The notes under the pieces were generated by a model. The model saw only the letters and a program-made list of their open reading frames with translations. It did not search any database and was not told where the DNA came from. Both the position numbers and the translations under genes were made by a program. This document shows positions 11,556-24,033 of a stretch of 64,000 bases of DNA, in pieces. The stretch is from Marsupella aquatica (lineage: Eukaryota > Plantae > Marchantiophyta), in the NCBI GenBank assembly GCA_973895155.1, contig OZ316898.1, forward strand, positions 17,722,752-17,786,751. Reading direction: 5' to 3'. Position 1 is the first letter of the stretch. Every line of letters starts with the position of its first letter.

Positions 11556-11774
11556 CGGTCACAAAACGGGCTGCTGTAGGTAAAAGGTTCTTTGTCACCG
11601 ACTTCACCGGTCAGACAAAGGGTGGAACCGCGAACCGGAAGGGCCTCGCTGCCTTCCCGTTTGGCCATCTGTTCAAGGGCGACCCCCAAAATGGTAAACG
11701 TCCGTCATTCGCTCCGACAATCTGGAGAGGGTCACACGTCGGGGGTAGGCCAGAAAGTAGGGTGAATGGAACAC

Positions 11775-12086
11775 AAGTGGAAAAGAACAATTCTGAAAAA
11801 CTGACCAAAATTTGTGCTACTAAAATCACATTTACCTAATTTTGTACGCTAATTCTTGCATAAACTAATATGGTGGACAGTGTAGTTCTCTCTAGCACCA
11901 GATTAAAGGGAAACAGTGCAAGTGAACATAAGACAGGCTGTGGCCGCTGAAGCATCACAGGGACATGCCCAGTTGAAGCAGCGCTAGGTGGAGGGAGACC
12001 TGTCTTTCCCTCCCCAGCTGCCTCCTCTCCCCTCCTCTCTCCCCCGCACCCCCACCCTTCTTTCTGTCCTCCCTCCCACACCCTAG
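11775..12086 (+). repeat. 312-bp direct repeat, copy 2 (right flank of Harbinger)
   Basis: Identical to 4885-5196 and continues into unique sequence CCCTAG|CCTCCC. Confidence 0.95.
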
Positions 12087-12249
12087 CCTCCCTCTCTCTC
12101 AAGCCCTCCCCTCCTTCCCCTCCCATCTCTCTTTCGGAATGCTTGCCCATTGCATGAGGGACAAATGGGAGGTCACACAGTGTACATCATCATTCCATAT
12201 CATGATAAACTTAATTATTTTATTTATTTAGAGAGATACACTATTTATT

Positions 12250-12470
12250 ACCACATTTTGATGTACATTATCACATATGATGTACAATTACCCAGAAAAC
12301 AAAAAACATAATTTGATGACAATTATCTAGAAAACAAAAATCATATTTTGATGTGCAATTACCAGACACCAAAATAAGGTGGGAATAGATGTCCACATAT
12401 GATGTACAATTACCCAGAAAACAAAAAACACATTTTGATGTGCAATTATTCAGACACCAAAAAAGGAAGG
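12250..12470. repeat. Degenerate ~35-bp minisatellite
   Basis: About 6 units of CA(T/C)AT(A/T)TGATGT(A/G)CAATTA(C)CCAGA(A/C)A(A/C)CAAAA. Confidence 0.75.
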
Positions 12471-13875
12471 GAGGGTGCATTCTGCATCAGGCAGGCACTG
12501 AGTCGACGAGGGGCACATGTCAGGCAACACACGAGCGAGGGAGGGACAATCCGAACATAAGCCGTGCATCCAGTGAGGCTACCTCAGGCGACTAGGGGCC
12601 TGTTAGTGGGTGTATTTCAAGAATCAGATTGTCGCAGAAAACAGCTCATAGAGCCGACTACTCAGGTTCATTGCCACCTGTTTTGGTTTTCGAAAACAGG
12701 TTCCACAGAAGTGTTTGGGTGAGATCACAATCTTGCAGTGGGTAATTGTAGAAAACCCCTTTCCCCCTCACACTACCTGTTGCATTTGGTCGGAGTAGAT
12801 TTTCAGGGAAAGCTTTAGCAAGTGAATCAAAGGGGTGCCTGCCGACAGGTAGGACATATCTCGAAATGACTCAATTTAAGATCCTAGAAGTTATATTTTA
12901 CTTATAGAGCAAGCTAATGGCAGGGCAGTGACATTCAAAGGCAAAATTTTCAAGCACTCTAAAGTGGGCAAGCAGATCGCATCCTTCGCCAAAAAATGTT
13001 TTAGGTAACATTGTCTGGCAGCTCCCATGAAAAGCAGAACAAAAACTATGGTTTAAACACGGCAAATTGGTATCCCATGGCATTGATAAATCACCACTAG
13101 TCACAGATATCCTCCTGGGATGGGAAAAATGGATTTACTAACATCGAAGAGGTTCAATTGTATTACAGAAGCCCTGGCTAGCTGCGGATGTGGCACGAAC
13201 TTTCGAATACAAAAGTAGTGGTTCACAACCCGACATTAAAATATAAGGGGAATAAATAACAGCATTTAGTGAGCTATACAAATCCCCTCAAGGGGACGAC
13301 GATTGCTGAACAGGGCAAGGATGTTTATTTGAGATTTTGAAGAAGAGCGCCCCGTAGTCCAAAGAAGATCCATGTTATCACAGATGATCAGTGAGTTCCT
13401 GGCATGAGTAAATGCAATGGCCCGCCGCACAAACCACACCACCTCAAATGGGAAGTCCCTTTTCATGATAAATATCTGCAAAGACACGTGTGTTACTGCA
13501 TGTCAGTATCGACAAAGAGATTGCGCGGTAGAAAGTTTGCGGTACAGACAATTGTGAATTCAGAGTACTTCCCACAGGACATCAGAAATTGACAACCGCA
13601 TGCAGACGACCCAGAAAGGTATGTGACCGCTGACCATCATATACAGACAAATAACACTATGGGTCATCAATCTTCAACCAGTCATCTTACCTGTCTCTGT
13701 GTCGATATCTTGAGCTTGCCAGCTGTTGATGTCCTTAAGAATCCCAGGCTGTGATGCCCTTTGAAGTTAGTACACGATTGTAGCACCCCTCTCAATTTAC
13801 AGATAATGAGGCCACGGATTTCAACGGTAGGGGCTCCATTGACGATGGACTAGCATGTCCATCGTGGACGGGGTT

Positions 13876-16800
13876 CTATTGGCCGGCTGAGTCCTGCAGT
13901 GTATATTGATGCAAACACACCACGAGAGATAAAGATGTCCCCTAGGGTTTGTAGCGTCACTCACTCACCCCAAAGCAGCTACTACCTCGCAGAATCGATA
14001 TTTGACCCTCCTTTACCAAGACATCCTCTTCCAATTGCGCGACCTTCCTTCTCAACACTTCAACTTCAGCACTCAATCTCAAAGCTTCCCGGCCGATCTC
14101 ATCGGCCTCTTCTCGCATCTCATCTCTTTCATGTTCCACTTGGGGCAATGCCTCCCTCAACTTCAAAATATCTTGCAGATATTCTTGCCTCTCTGCCTTC
14201 CATGAAGATATAACGTCCTCCTTTTGTTTGACCTAGGAGTCCAAATAGCACCAGAGGCACTGACTATCAGATACAAGTTTGTTTTATGGCCGCGCCCTCA
14301 GCTTCAAATAGCAATTGTGCAACGAATACATGTAATTATTAGTTGTCTGGACGACCTCTTGCAACCTTATAGAGCTTAATTATCGGCTTCAAGAACAGAG
14401 TCAATCATTTAAATACTTACAGTTCTCTCCAAAGTTGCCAGCTGTTGAGATGCTTCCCCGAGTGCAGTTTGGGCTCTCTGTAACTCAGTTTGGAACCAGT
14501 CACGACTCCGAATGAGACCTGCAACTTCTTCGCATCGTTTGCTCAAGTCATCCTCCCTTTGGGAAAGCTTATCTCGCAAGAGTTTACAAAGTAGATTTTG
14601 GGCTTCAAGTTCTTGCTTCACGTCATGTGCCTGTACGGATATCTGTTCCAGAAATAATTTAAAGTTTTGAGTAAGCGCATCAGGCAACATTCTGAATGAA
14701 AACATTGTTTAAAAGCTATCTTCAGAAAATCAGTAGTTGATAGGAAAACTTTATCTTCAAAGTTCGTGCCAAACGAGCTCTGGCTTTGGTAGCCAATTGT
14801 AAAAGTATTAGATCCAACAAGGGATTAGATTGACGGTTCACTTTGGACTACATTACCTCATCCATTTCGCTTATTCGGCTGTGGGAATCCTCCAGAACTT
14901 TAGAATGGAAACCTTCACCTTCCTTGCCTCTAGCTTGGAGATGTCTAGACAGCTCCCCGTTTTTGCTAGAAAGTTGCATGATGCGTCTGTTTTGGGCGTC
15001 CATACTTCGGGCTAAATCACTAAGGCTCTGCTCGAGGCTACGTATGACATCGTCCTTCTTTCCACTCTCATTCTTCAAGGCCATCAACTGAGCATCCCGT
15101 TCCTTCAATTTCTCATTAATTTGCTCCGCTCTTTCATTCATGAAAGCTAATTGCCTTGCCGAAACCTGCAACGAGCCAGCACAAAGGTGTGAGCACCACA
15201 AAAGTTGCTTGTGAAGACCAATGCTGGTACTAAGGTAACAACTTTGCAAGCAGCCTTTACCTGTAAGCTATCCCGCATTTCTGCCTCCAGCTGATGGGCT
15301 TCCTTTACGGCCTTTTCCTTTTCTTTGGCCTCTTCATCTGAGATCATAGCAGCTTTTTCCCTCATTGCTAAGATACCCTGCAACATTTGATTGTTTTTTA
15401 AGAGTCCATCCACTCGTCGCTCTAATCTATGAATCTCCCTCTCCTTCTCTTGGACTTTACTTCTTTCTCGTCCAACTTCATCTTGCAGTGCGTTACTATC
15501 CACTTCCACACCTGACAAGTTGGATTCTAGAGATCTCAGTGCTGCCCTATCGCTATCTCTTTCTTTCTCTGCATGCTGCAATTTACTGGAAAGCACTTGG
15601 TTCTCCTCTTGAAGTTCAGTAGTCCGTGATAGTAGGCTAGCGAGCTCAGCTTGCAAGTTTTGATCAATAACTCCCACTTCAGTATTCGACCGCAAATTCC
15701 CCAGTCTCTCGACCAACTCTTTATTCAAGTTCTGCAAAGAGATGGTTTCACTTCTCAGACCTTCCAGCTCTTCCCGCAAAGTCCGCTCAACCGTACTCAA
15801 ACGAACAAGCTCTTTTCTTACAGAATCCGAAGTCTGTTCATTAGATTCCGATGAGCTCTTCACCCCGTCGCTCAGTCCTTGTTGAAGTCCCTCGATACTG
15901 CTTTCATGGTCCGCACAGAGCTGTTGCAACCTCTCCACTTCTTTTGCAAGTTCATGACTTTGATTTTCTTTCGCCAAATAGGCCCTCCTCACACTTTCCA
16001 GTTCGATTTCAGCTTGTCTAGCCTGCTGGCAGCTACTTACAAGAGATTGCCTGAGATCGAGGATAGTCCTTTCTGCGCCTTCCACCCTCTTTCTGTGCCC
16101 CTCCATTTGAGATTCGAACTCCGTCACCTTTTCTCGCAAGCTCTCCTCCCTCGAAGCAACCGCGGTGCGCTCGGACTGAAGCCCTCCTTTTTCCTCCTCG
16201 AGTCTTCGCACACGGTCCCTTAACCATATCTCTTCCAACACAATGTCTTCAACTTTCTTCTGCCACTCGTCGTCCCTCCTCTCCAATTCTCGCTCGAATC
16301 CAGCTTGGATCCCCAGTTTCTCCTTCTCCATAACCCTCACACAGGCCTCCATCTCCCGCTTCATCATTACTAGAACCTCCTTCGCAGCTGCTCTCTCTGT
16401 AATTCTTCTCTTCACTTCGGATGCAACCTCAAGAGCCAGCCGTTTCTTTTCTTCGTGCATTCTTTTAATTCGCTGTTGCATAATGTTTATACCCGCAGCA
16501 AGATTGCTATGCCCGCTCTCGTCCAGAGCTCGAAGGTCATGCAGGATCTCATTGCTCTCAAACGATTGATCACCATTGAGCGCTGAAATACGCTGCTCAG
16601 CCATCCGGGATTTCATCTCTAAGTCGTCTGTCATACCCTCACTCTGTCGCTTCAATCCTTCCAACCATCCCTTCAAAATCTCTCGTTCCTTATCTTGCCG
16701 TGAAGGCGAATTGTGAAACCTGGGAGTAGGACTTCGGTAACCATCGTTTCCTGAAGATCCCCAGCGTCTACTACCAGTGGTGGCCCCAGCATTCTTCGAG

Positions 16801-18995
16801 ATCTGGCCCGAATCTGAGCTCGCGCTATTCTCCGGCGTGGGATGGTCGTTGAATGGACCTTGAGAAACTCTCCCACTAGTGAACTCCTGCCAAGACAACA
16901 CGCTCTCCCCTGTGGTGCTGCCACCTGAATCCTTCCGCGAATGGTGAGAAGGTAAATCCCCGGGTCGTCCCAACTGAAGCACATTCGTGAACGCACGGTC
17001 GTCACCAGTCCGCAGGGAGGATGTGTCGCTACAACTGCCATCGTAGCTCGAGTCTGCGATCTCCTCCTGGCCGCTCATTCTTTTCGACTGACCAAGTTTG
17101 GTTCGGCGTTCCCCGCCATCCAAAGACGTGGGCTTCCCATCCTTCGTCTTGCTAGATCCCCGGAATGCTTTGGCGAGTCGCTCGGCAACGACTCGGGCAC
17201 CAGAGTACTTGTTGCTCTGCTGGGCCTTTGCGATGACCTCGGCTGCTGAAGGGATAGGTGCCGCTCCCAATTCTTTCCTGGCAACTCGAGGAGAGTCGCT
17301 AGACTTCCGACCAACAGTCGGGGAGCTCACCGGCGGCTTGGCACTTCCACTTAAACCCTCACTATATGAGTGGGCTCGCGAGTGAGGAGTTCTCACAGGC
17401 GGGGGGTTTAAGAGTCGTTCCCTCTCGTAAGAAGCTGCTCTTGACCGGGGAGAAGCTGGCCTTGACCGGGGAGTTGGGCTTTCGTTGCTGGAGCTAGCGT
17501 CGGACACCCTGGTGGAATCGGTGCTGCTGAGAGATGAGGCTTCGAAAACCCTGTCTGGGACTTTCAGAATCCTCATGGACTGTAACCGCGGGGTCTGGGC
17601 CTCCGATAGTGAGTTTCTCCTAGGATCTGGGAGGCGGCCCTTTGGAACACTGGTCGACCTAGTAGTCTGCTCCTGTACTTGTGTTGGTCGATCAATATTT
17701 ACTGTTTTGGCCTTGGTTGGGAGCTTCCCTTTTCCTCTTTCGTGCAGGAGGTTCTCAACAGCTCCCAACCCACTGCAAGAGATCGCCACCACGACATGTA
17801 TTGAGAGAATTAGCCTAAAGCAAAGAAGTAAGCCGATCCAACAGAAATCAAAAACACAAAACCGCGACTGCATCCCCGCTTCATTGCCAGAAGATAAAAG
17901 ACTTCCACATTGTTAGAAAATTAAATCTTTAACACTGAGCGTCGGCCATAGCTCAGGAAGGGCCTGCGTATTCCGCGGATCCTTGACTTAATTTTGCCCG
18001 GCTGTTCTGGCAGCCTCGTCTTAACAGGAGATTGTTTCACATCATATTCACAGCCGAAGGGGAAGCTTCATAATTTTCACACAGAGGTAGGCTGTTATCA
18101 CACACGAGTCTTCGCAATTTCCTTCCTTGAGTCCTTCAAAAACGCTAGCCGGAGATACATGGGAGTAATCACATAGACCCTCTAGCTTCTCTCGTGTTCA
18201 AAGATGTTTTGAGAACATCTAATATCCTGACAGATACACCCAAAGACCTTCCATTGCCAGATTCACTTACACGAAATTCAAAGCAGCCGTCACATTAATA
18301 GTGGTTATTTTTCTTCATTCAGTGGGACTTGAATTAGAGCTCGCCAAGAAGACTAAGGTCGGCAAATCAGGAAGGATACATGTAATAACGTACCCCCGTT
18401 TGCTCGAAGCCTTGGTGATGGACGGCACGCGAGCAGCGCCTTTCATGACATCGGCCACGACACTGTCGAATCCCACTTCTATATCAAGTTTCTCCCTGCT
18501 CGCCAATTTTCCTCTGCTGGCGACTGTCTCTCTGCTGGCGGAATGATCTAGGTCCAAACTAGGGCGCCGGCTCCTGACCCTGTGTGGCTGATCCTCACTG
18601 GGACAGCTGATCACACTCTTTTCCACTTCCTTGCTCTCAGTGTTTTCATCGCCACTCGGCGGAGTATCGCACCTTACTCCATTCTCAGCTGCAGAAGGAC
18701 ATGCAGGACACCAATGCTCCCGCTTGCTGCTGCCTCCTGTGCCTCCTACTAGCCCATGCCCGTTTGGCAGGGCCAGTTCTCCCGACGAGGACGCGTCTGA
18801 TTTGCTGCTCCTTGCAGCTGGGGACTTCTTCGACAGTTCTGGTGCATATCGAGAAGACACAATAGTTCCTTTCAGTCGGGAATTATCCTTCTGAAGACCC
18901 GGAGCGGGAGTAGCACCAGCTCCCCCGAGCTGCTGTTGGGCATCCTTATTGCTACCCCCCGAAGAGACCGACTTGAGCGGAAATATTCTCCGCAT
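13876..18995 (-). CDS. Long coiled-coil plant protein, At3g55060/At2g39300-like; exons 18995-18394, 17772-15261, 15165-14857, 14642(or 14630)-14421, 14232-13969, 13893-13876
   Basis: GT-AG introns have consistent phases. Family motifs recalled: MRRIFPLKS start, ARVVAERL, EKEKxxxQAGFERELERRDDEW, LLRDKLSQRE, LEEDVLVKEGQISIL. The last mini-exon (DSAGQ*) is inferred; the alternative is a stop at 13957. Confidence 0.88.
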
Positions 18996-21260
18996 TTAGT
19001 TGCCTTTCCTCGTTTGTTATCTTAGCTACAATTTGAACACGTTCGCCTAACTTCGTATATTACACAAGGAGCTGCTCAAAGGACACATCCATCGTCATAA
19101 AGACTCCCTCCCTCGATGTGCCGCAGCTTCCTGTGCACATTACCAGATATCGTAGCAAACGACAGAGTGAGTAGAGCTAAGATTTCTTCGCGGGAGCTTG
19201 AGAAAATGCGTCGCCCTTGCAAAAGACTTGAACAAACGAGACAAGAGTGTTATTTAATACAGCTAAGATTGCTGCGCTTTAACGCTTCAACCTAACCTAC
19301 TGTCCTGTAATTGCGAACCAATTGACGAATCCAACGAGCGCTCCCAAAGACCGAGTGCGAATAGGAGAGAGCACAACGAGAGGTTTTAACTGCACATACA
19401 TGTCCTGCGACCGCGCTCTGTTTCTGCTGGTGCTCAAATTCGTCCCTTGCTGCTGGACCTCTCCCCGGCCTGCATCTACGTGTCCCACAATCCGCCTCGA
19501 GTCCAGAGAGGTTTATACACTGAACGCAAGCGCGAGCTAACCTTCACGCCCGTTCGATCCAACGTCCCGTCGAAGCTTGTTGAGTTATTGCCTTCCTCTC
19601 CTTTGATATTTCCTCGAACGATTTCAAAGAATTACTCCGTGCCCTCCAAGACTCAACATACAGCGCGGGGGTCCGAAGCGGACACCGTCCGGAGTAGACC
19701 GGAGGTCGGTGTGCAACAGCTGGTTCAGCCGGCACTAGGAGAGACACTCAGCCAACGAAAAGCAGAAGGCCTCCGTCAGCAGCTACAGAAGTTACTACCT
19801 AGTAGAGGAAGCAGCACAACTCCACGAGGCCGGCCATAGCTCAGGAACCGGGAAAGGTACTAATACAAAAAAAACAATCCCTCGGACATTATCATTTGCC
19901 TTCCAAAAGCCTCTTCTTCGTAGCTCACTCAAAGAGACCCATGATGTTCCGCCATCTGTTTGATCAAAGAAACGCCGATAGACTAGAGAATGCCACGATC
20001 CACTTCATACTCCACCAAGATCCATCTCAAACTCCTCTCAGGAAGGTATCATCATTACAAAAGCACCAAAACCTGTCCTCCACAGCTTCTTGCTCCATCA
20101 CAACGCACATCCGTTTCGCTTCCCTGCTTCTTTCCCTTGCAATTCGCGCACAAACTTCGTGCTGCTAGTGCAGTCGAAATGACATCCCAACAACCACACA
20201 CCAACCAGCAAGCCGACCGACCAGCTGCTGCGCCAACTGATAGGCTCTCTCCTGTGACACACCCTCTGATGACACAAAATCAAAACCAAACAATACCTCC
20301 ACGCCGAAGCCTGTGGTGAAACTCGATTCCGCTATCGTAGAAACTCGCCCTTCGATATCATCCCCAAGATAGTCTGTCTTCAGCGAGGTAGTCTTGGCTG
20401 ATCTACTTGTCTCTCTCGTTCCGGCCAAAAAGACTACGACAACCCAATCCTCGTCGTCGCGGGCCCGAACACTGCTTTCTCCCGCCCATTCCTCAGCCCT
20501 CTCGTCTTCCTTTCCACGCATGCCACTACTCCTCCCTGTCTAAAGCCGCATCCATTAAGTCCACTACTCCATGTTCCGAAGTCCCACGCATTATTAAGTC
20601 CACTGCTCCTTTTTCCGCCAAAGTCATCGGAATGAACGAGTCTGTCTTCGGAGCAGCAGCCATGGGGCATTTCCACGAGGGCGCCCCGCATCAACAGCTC
20701 CATGATTGTCACCTCCGTATTCTACGTAGCGGACAAGAGAGCATGCATTGTCCACCACGACCAGCTACCACCTCCATCCCTCCCCACTCTGGAACGACCG
20801 ACCGACCGAGTCAATCACTCTACCAAGCGCCGCCCATGAAATCGTCGAAAGCAGCAACGAAATACACGAGATAGAGAGAGAGAAAGCTTCCTACCCAACC
20901 CACTTCTCGCAGCCTTCTTCCTGCCTGGACAGAAGCAGAAGCAGTCAAGGAGAGGAGGGATTACTACTACTGGAGTGGATACTAGAGTGGAGCGCGTCGA
21001 GGGAGGACGAGGAGGGCACGACGCAACGACAATCAATCATCAGTCTGCTGCTCCGAATTGAACGATGGGCGTCTTCTTCGATCGGTATTGATTCATGATT
21101 CATGATTCAAAACATGGAATCATGTGGGTCGCGCCACGCCCACGACCGCTCGTTGCTTTGCGTTGCGTTGCGCTGCGTTTCTTTGGTTCGTCTCCGTTTG
21201 AATAGCGCCAAAAAAGTGGTCCCCGCAGATTTTTCTTTCATCCCGCGCTCCCGGCTTTTC

Positions 21261-22390
21261 CCCCGTCAAAGCCCCGTCCCTGTCCCTTGTTTTTAGCTTT
21301 ACCCCCCGTCAAAGTCCCGGCCCTGTCCCTAATTAGGGACTTGCTTATAACTAGGGAGTCTACGCAAATCTTAATTTCATTCGTGATTTTTCTCTTAACT
21401 CTTAATGCCCTTCGTGATTTATCTCTCAACCCTTCGTGATTTTTTTTCGCTGTATTTTTCAAGGGCATTCTTGGAGAAGCCCTGTCCCTTATTAGGGACT
21501 AGCTTAGGGGCTTTGATAACTCTGAATGCTTGTCCTGATTTATTACATTTTTCTCTTGAAATTGGAAAGCAGACTCATCTCATGGAACAGAGGGTAGATG
21601 TCTGTTCCAGAGCATGCCATTTGTAAGGTGGTCACAATGGGGACCACACCTAGGGATCGGACAAAAGTAAGGTCCCAAAGAGGACCAGCCAGGGGCTGAG
21701 AGGACCAATACACCCATCACTGCACCCCATTCACACACACATAATCTTTATACCCCTTGCGTGTCGAGGGGGGATCCAACCTGGGATCTCTCGGGTCTAG
21801 GCTAATCCCCTAGCCAACTGACCTAAGCCAGTTGCTTCCCTTTGTAATAAGTCTCTATTTTCCAGGGCATTCTTGGTGAGTAATACAAGGTCAAGATTTG
21901 GATCAACTCATGTGAAGAGTCTCATCTGCTTTTACTAAATTAGAAAAATTAAAAATCTTGGACCTTTCAGTATATGAAGGTCATGTTACCAGAGTATTCT
22001 GGACAATAATTGCCCCTCAAAAGTGAGTTGAAGCTCTGGATTGGGGGGTATTATAATTCACAATGCTCTGGACTTTACTATCAATGTACATCAACCCTGT
22101 CCCTCATAGGGACTTGCTTAGGCAAGTTTAGGCAACTGAGAGAACACTCTTATCAGGGACTTGCTTACGGAGAGAACCCTCGTATCAGGGACTTGCTTAC
22201 GGAGTTTAACCTCATAAAACTAGATCCCTTACTAGGGACTTGCTTCAGGAGTTTATACAACTCATAAACCCACTTCCCCTAATAGGGACTTGCTTAGGGA
22301 GTCTAAGCAAGTACCTGTCCCTTATTAGGGACTTGCTTAGTGAATATAAGCAATTCATAAAAGTACTTCCTCTATTAGTGACTTGCTTCG
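21261..22390 (+). repeat. Dispersed array of 9 palindromic CCCT-N4/5-AGGGACTTGCTTA motifs
   Basis: Copies at ~21321, 21480, 22096, 22149, 22177, 22226, 22276, 22315 and 22368, separated by variable spacers. Confidence 0.85.
21627..21840 (-). mobile_element. tRNA-derived SINE
   Basis: The minus strand carries A-box-like TAGGTCAGTTGGCTAG and B-box-like GGTTGGATCCC. A TTTGTAA direct repeat flanks it (21620-21626 / 21841-21847). Confidence 0.7.
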
Positions 22391-22964
22391 AGCATCTCCA
22401 AAGGTGAACAAGTTTGGTTACTGCAAGTAGTAAATACCAGTTTGACCACACCTTTTCTTAAGTTTATTGCAAGTTAAATCCAGTAGAAAGTTAAAATTGC
22501 ATATTGATTGTATATTGTCTCCCAGTATGGGCTGTTTGGCTCGTCAACTTTTTGGCTCTTTGGTCTTCCGCAGTTTTTTCTTTCTTCCTCCCCACCCTTT
22601 ATTACGGTTCTTGCGTTTGAAGCTTTGTGTTCTTTAGCAGTGTAAGGTAGATGTTGCAACCAAATAATACAGATCCAGTAACCTAAAAACCTACCTAAAA
22701 ATCTGATAGCTTTTGGATAAGCTGGACATGACTTTTTGCTTTTGAGTTATTGGGTTTGCCATGTTTGCCAAAAAGTCTTTTTCATGTTTGCCAAAACTTA
22801 GTCAAGCTTTTTGTATTCAATTAGCCAAACTTGCACCTAGCATATACCTCATTAGCCAGAATAGGATGGCTATTTTAAAACCTTGCGAGGTCTTAACTGT
22901 CATAAATAAATAAATAAATAATGTGATATAATTTTGATGAGAAACATTGAGAGTATCTTCTCTT

Positions 22965-23210
22965 TCACACAAGCTGCAGAGATTTGTTTGATGGGACCCC
23001 AAAATGAAACTTGTTACTTATAGGACCCCGAGTGATCCAGGCCATTGATTAATCTGAGGATCTTCTCCTTCACACAAGTTGCAGAGAATTGGTTGATGGG
23101 ACCCCAAAATGAAACTTGTTACTTATAGGACCCTTGAGAGATCCAGACCATTGATTAACCTTGGATCGACCTATCCAAAACTTCAGGGGTTCTATCAAGT
23201 AAGACAATTC
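22965..23210. repeat. Two tandem copies of a repeat also found at 24960-25110
   Basis: TTGATGGGACCCCAAAATGAAACTTGTTACTTATAGGACCC..GATCCAG..CCATTGAT occurs at ~22988 and ~23093. Confidence 0.75.
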
Positions 23211-23896
23211 ATTTTGGAGTCTTATCAAGCAAATCCCTCCGCCAGCTGACATTTGCAAACTAACGAAAACCTTAAAAATTACCCTGGTTGTGGGGTCGTC
23301 AGAGTAGGGCCGGGGCCCAAGGACACGGCAGTAGGCACCGTCACAGCCATCGAGCAACGACGGTAGAACAGACGGTACACTTCCCAGCCATGCAACTATG
23401 ACGGTCCGCAGTACTCCGCAGTCCGCACCTGGATTGAGTACTGTACAGCAGCCACCGACAACGCAGTTCCCCAGTCCGAAGAGATGTACCTAAAAGTACG
23501 TCTACAAACTGCAGTGTTGAGTACGGACAAGAGCATGTAAATGCAGGTATTTAATGTGCATCCGATCATAGACCAATCTGGGCCGCTCATATCAAACACT
23601 GGACCGCCCGATGGCTATACTCCTCAATATTCTCTTCTAGCAGCATTAAACTAATCAGAAAAATGTCATCTTCGTACCGTATAATACGTGTCATAATAAA
23701 CACATCCATGTATGGTACTGCAGTTTTTTGTACGATCGTCTTGGAGTTACGGTACTGTACAGTGCCGCGAGTTCCTCTCTCAGGGTGAGATATTGAGTAT
23801 TTCGCATAAAAGAATAAAGTTCAATTTTTCAAAGTTCTTTATAGACTGTTTTTATAGCTTGTGGTTCTTCATTTGTTTTGATCTGGCCCGTTGCTC

Positions 23897-24033
23897 CCCT
23901 ATTTATTTTTATTTTATTGGGGAAATCTATGAAACCCCAGAGCAAGGGTTACTCAGGGTCACACCCCTATTTATTTATTTTTAGTTTATTGGGGAAATAT
24001 GTGAAACCCCACAGCAAGGGAACAATCAGTCAC
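23897..24033. repeat. ~68-bp tandem duplication
   Basis: CCCCTATTTATTT..TTTATTGGGGAAAT..TGAAACCCCA.AGCAAGGG..GTCACA occurs twice. Confidence 0.8.

Larger units (their letters stand above)
5196..11775. mobile_element. PIF/Harbinger DNA transposon, autonomous-type
   Basis: Left TIR GGCCTGTGTTCCATTCGCCCT follows CTA. Right TIR AGGGTGAATGGAACACA (11759-11775) lacks the terminal GGCC. Convergent DDE transposase and Myb/SANT genes lie inside, the canonical Harbinger pair. Confidence 0.93.

Noticed and set aside
4885-12086. 312-bp repeats as LTRs of a retroelement
   Set aside because: There are no TG..CA ends, PBS, PPT or retro ORFs, and the interior is a TIR-bounded Harbinger.
15365-18894. Plus-strand ORFs over the coiled-coil gene
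   Set aside because: They are antisense shadows of the real CDS.
19297-21296. Many 60-155-aa ORFs
   Set aside because: They have no recognisable domains and overlap on both strands, consistent with the GC-richer 5' leader, introns and promoter of the coiled-coil gene.
22096-22390. CRISPR array
   Set aside because: The context is eukaryotic, there are no cas genes, the repeats are degenerate and the spacers are irregular and related to each other.
23281-23786. GTAC/GACGG-rich segment bounded by ACCCTG..CAGGGT as a DNA transposon
   Set aside because: The inverted ends are only 6 bp and there is no TSD. It is probably TE-derived but not supportable.
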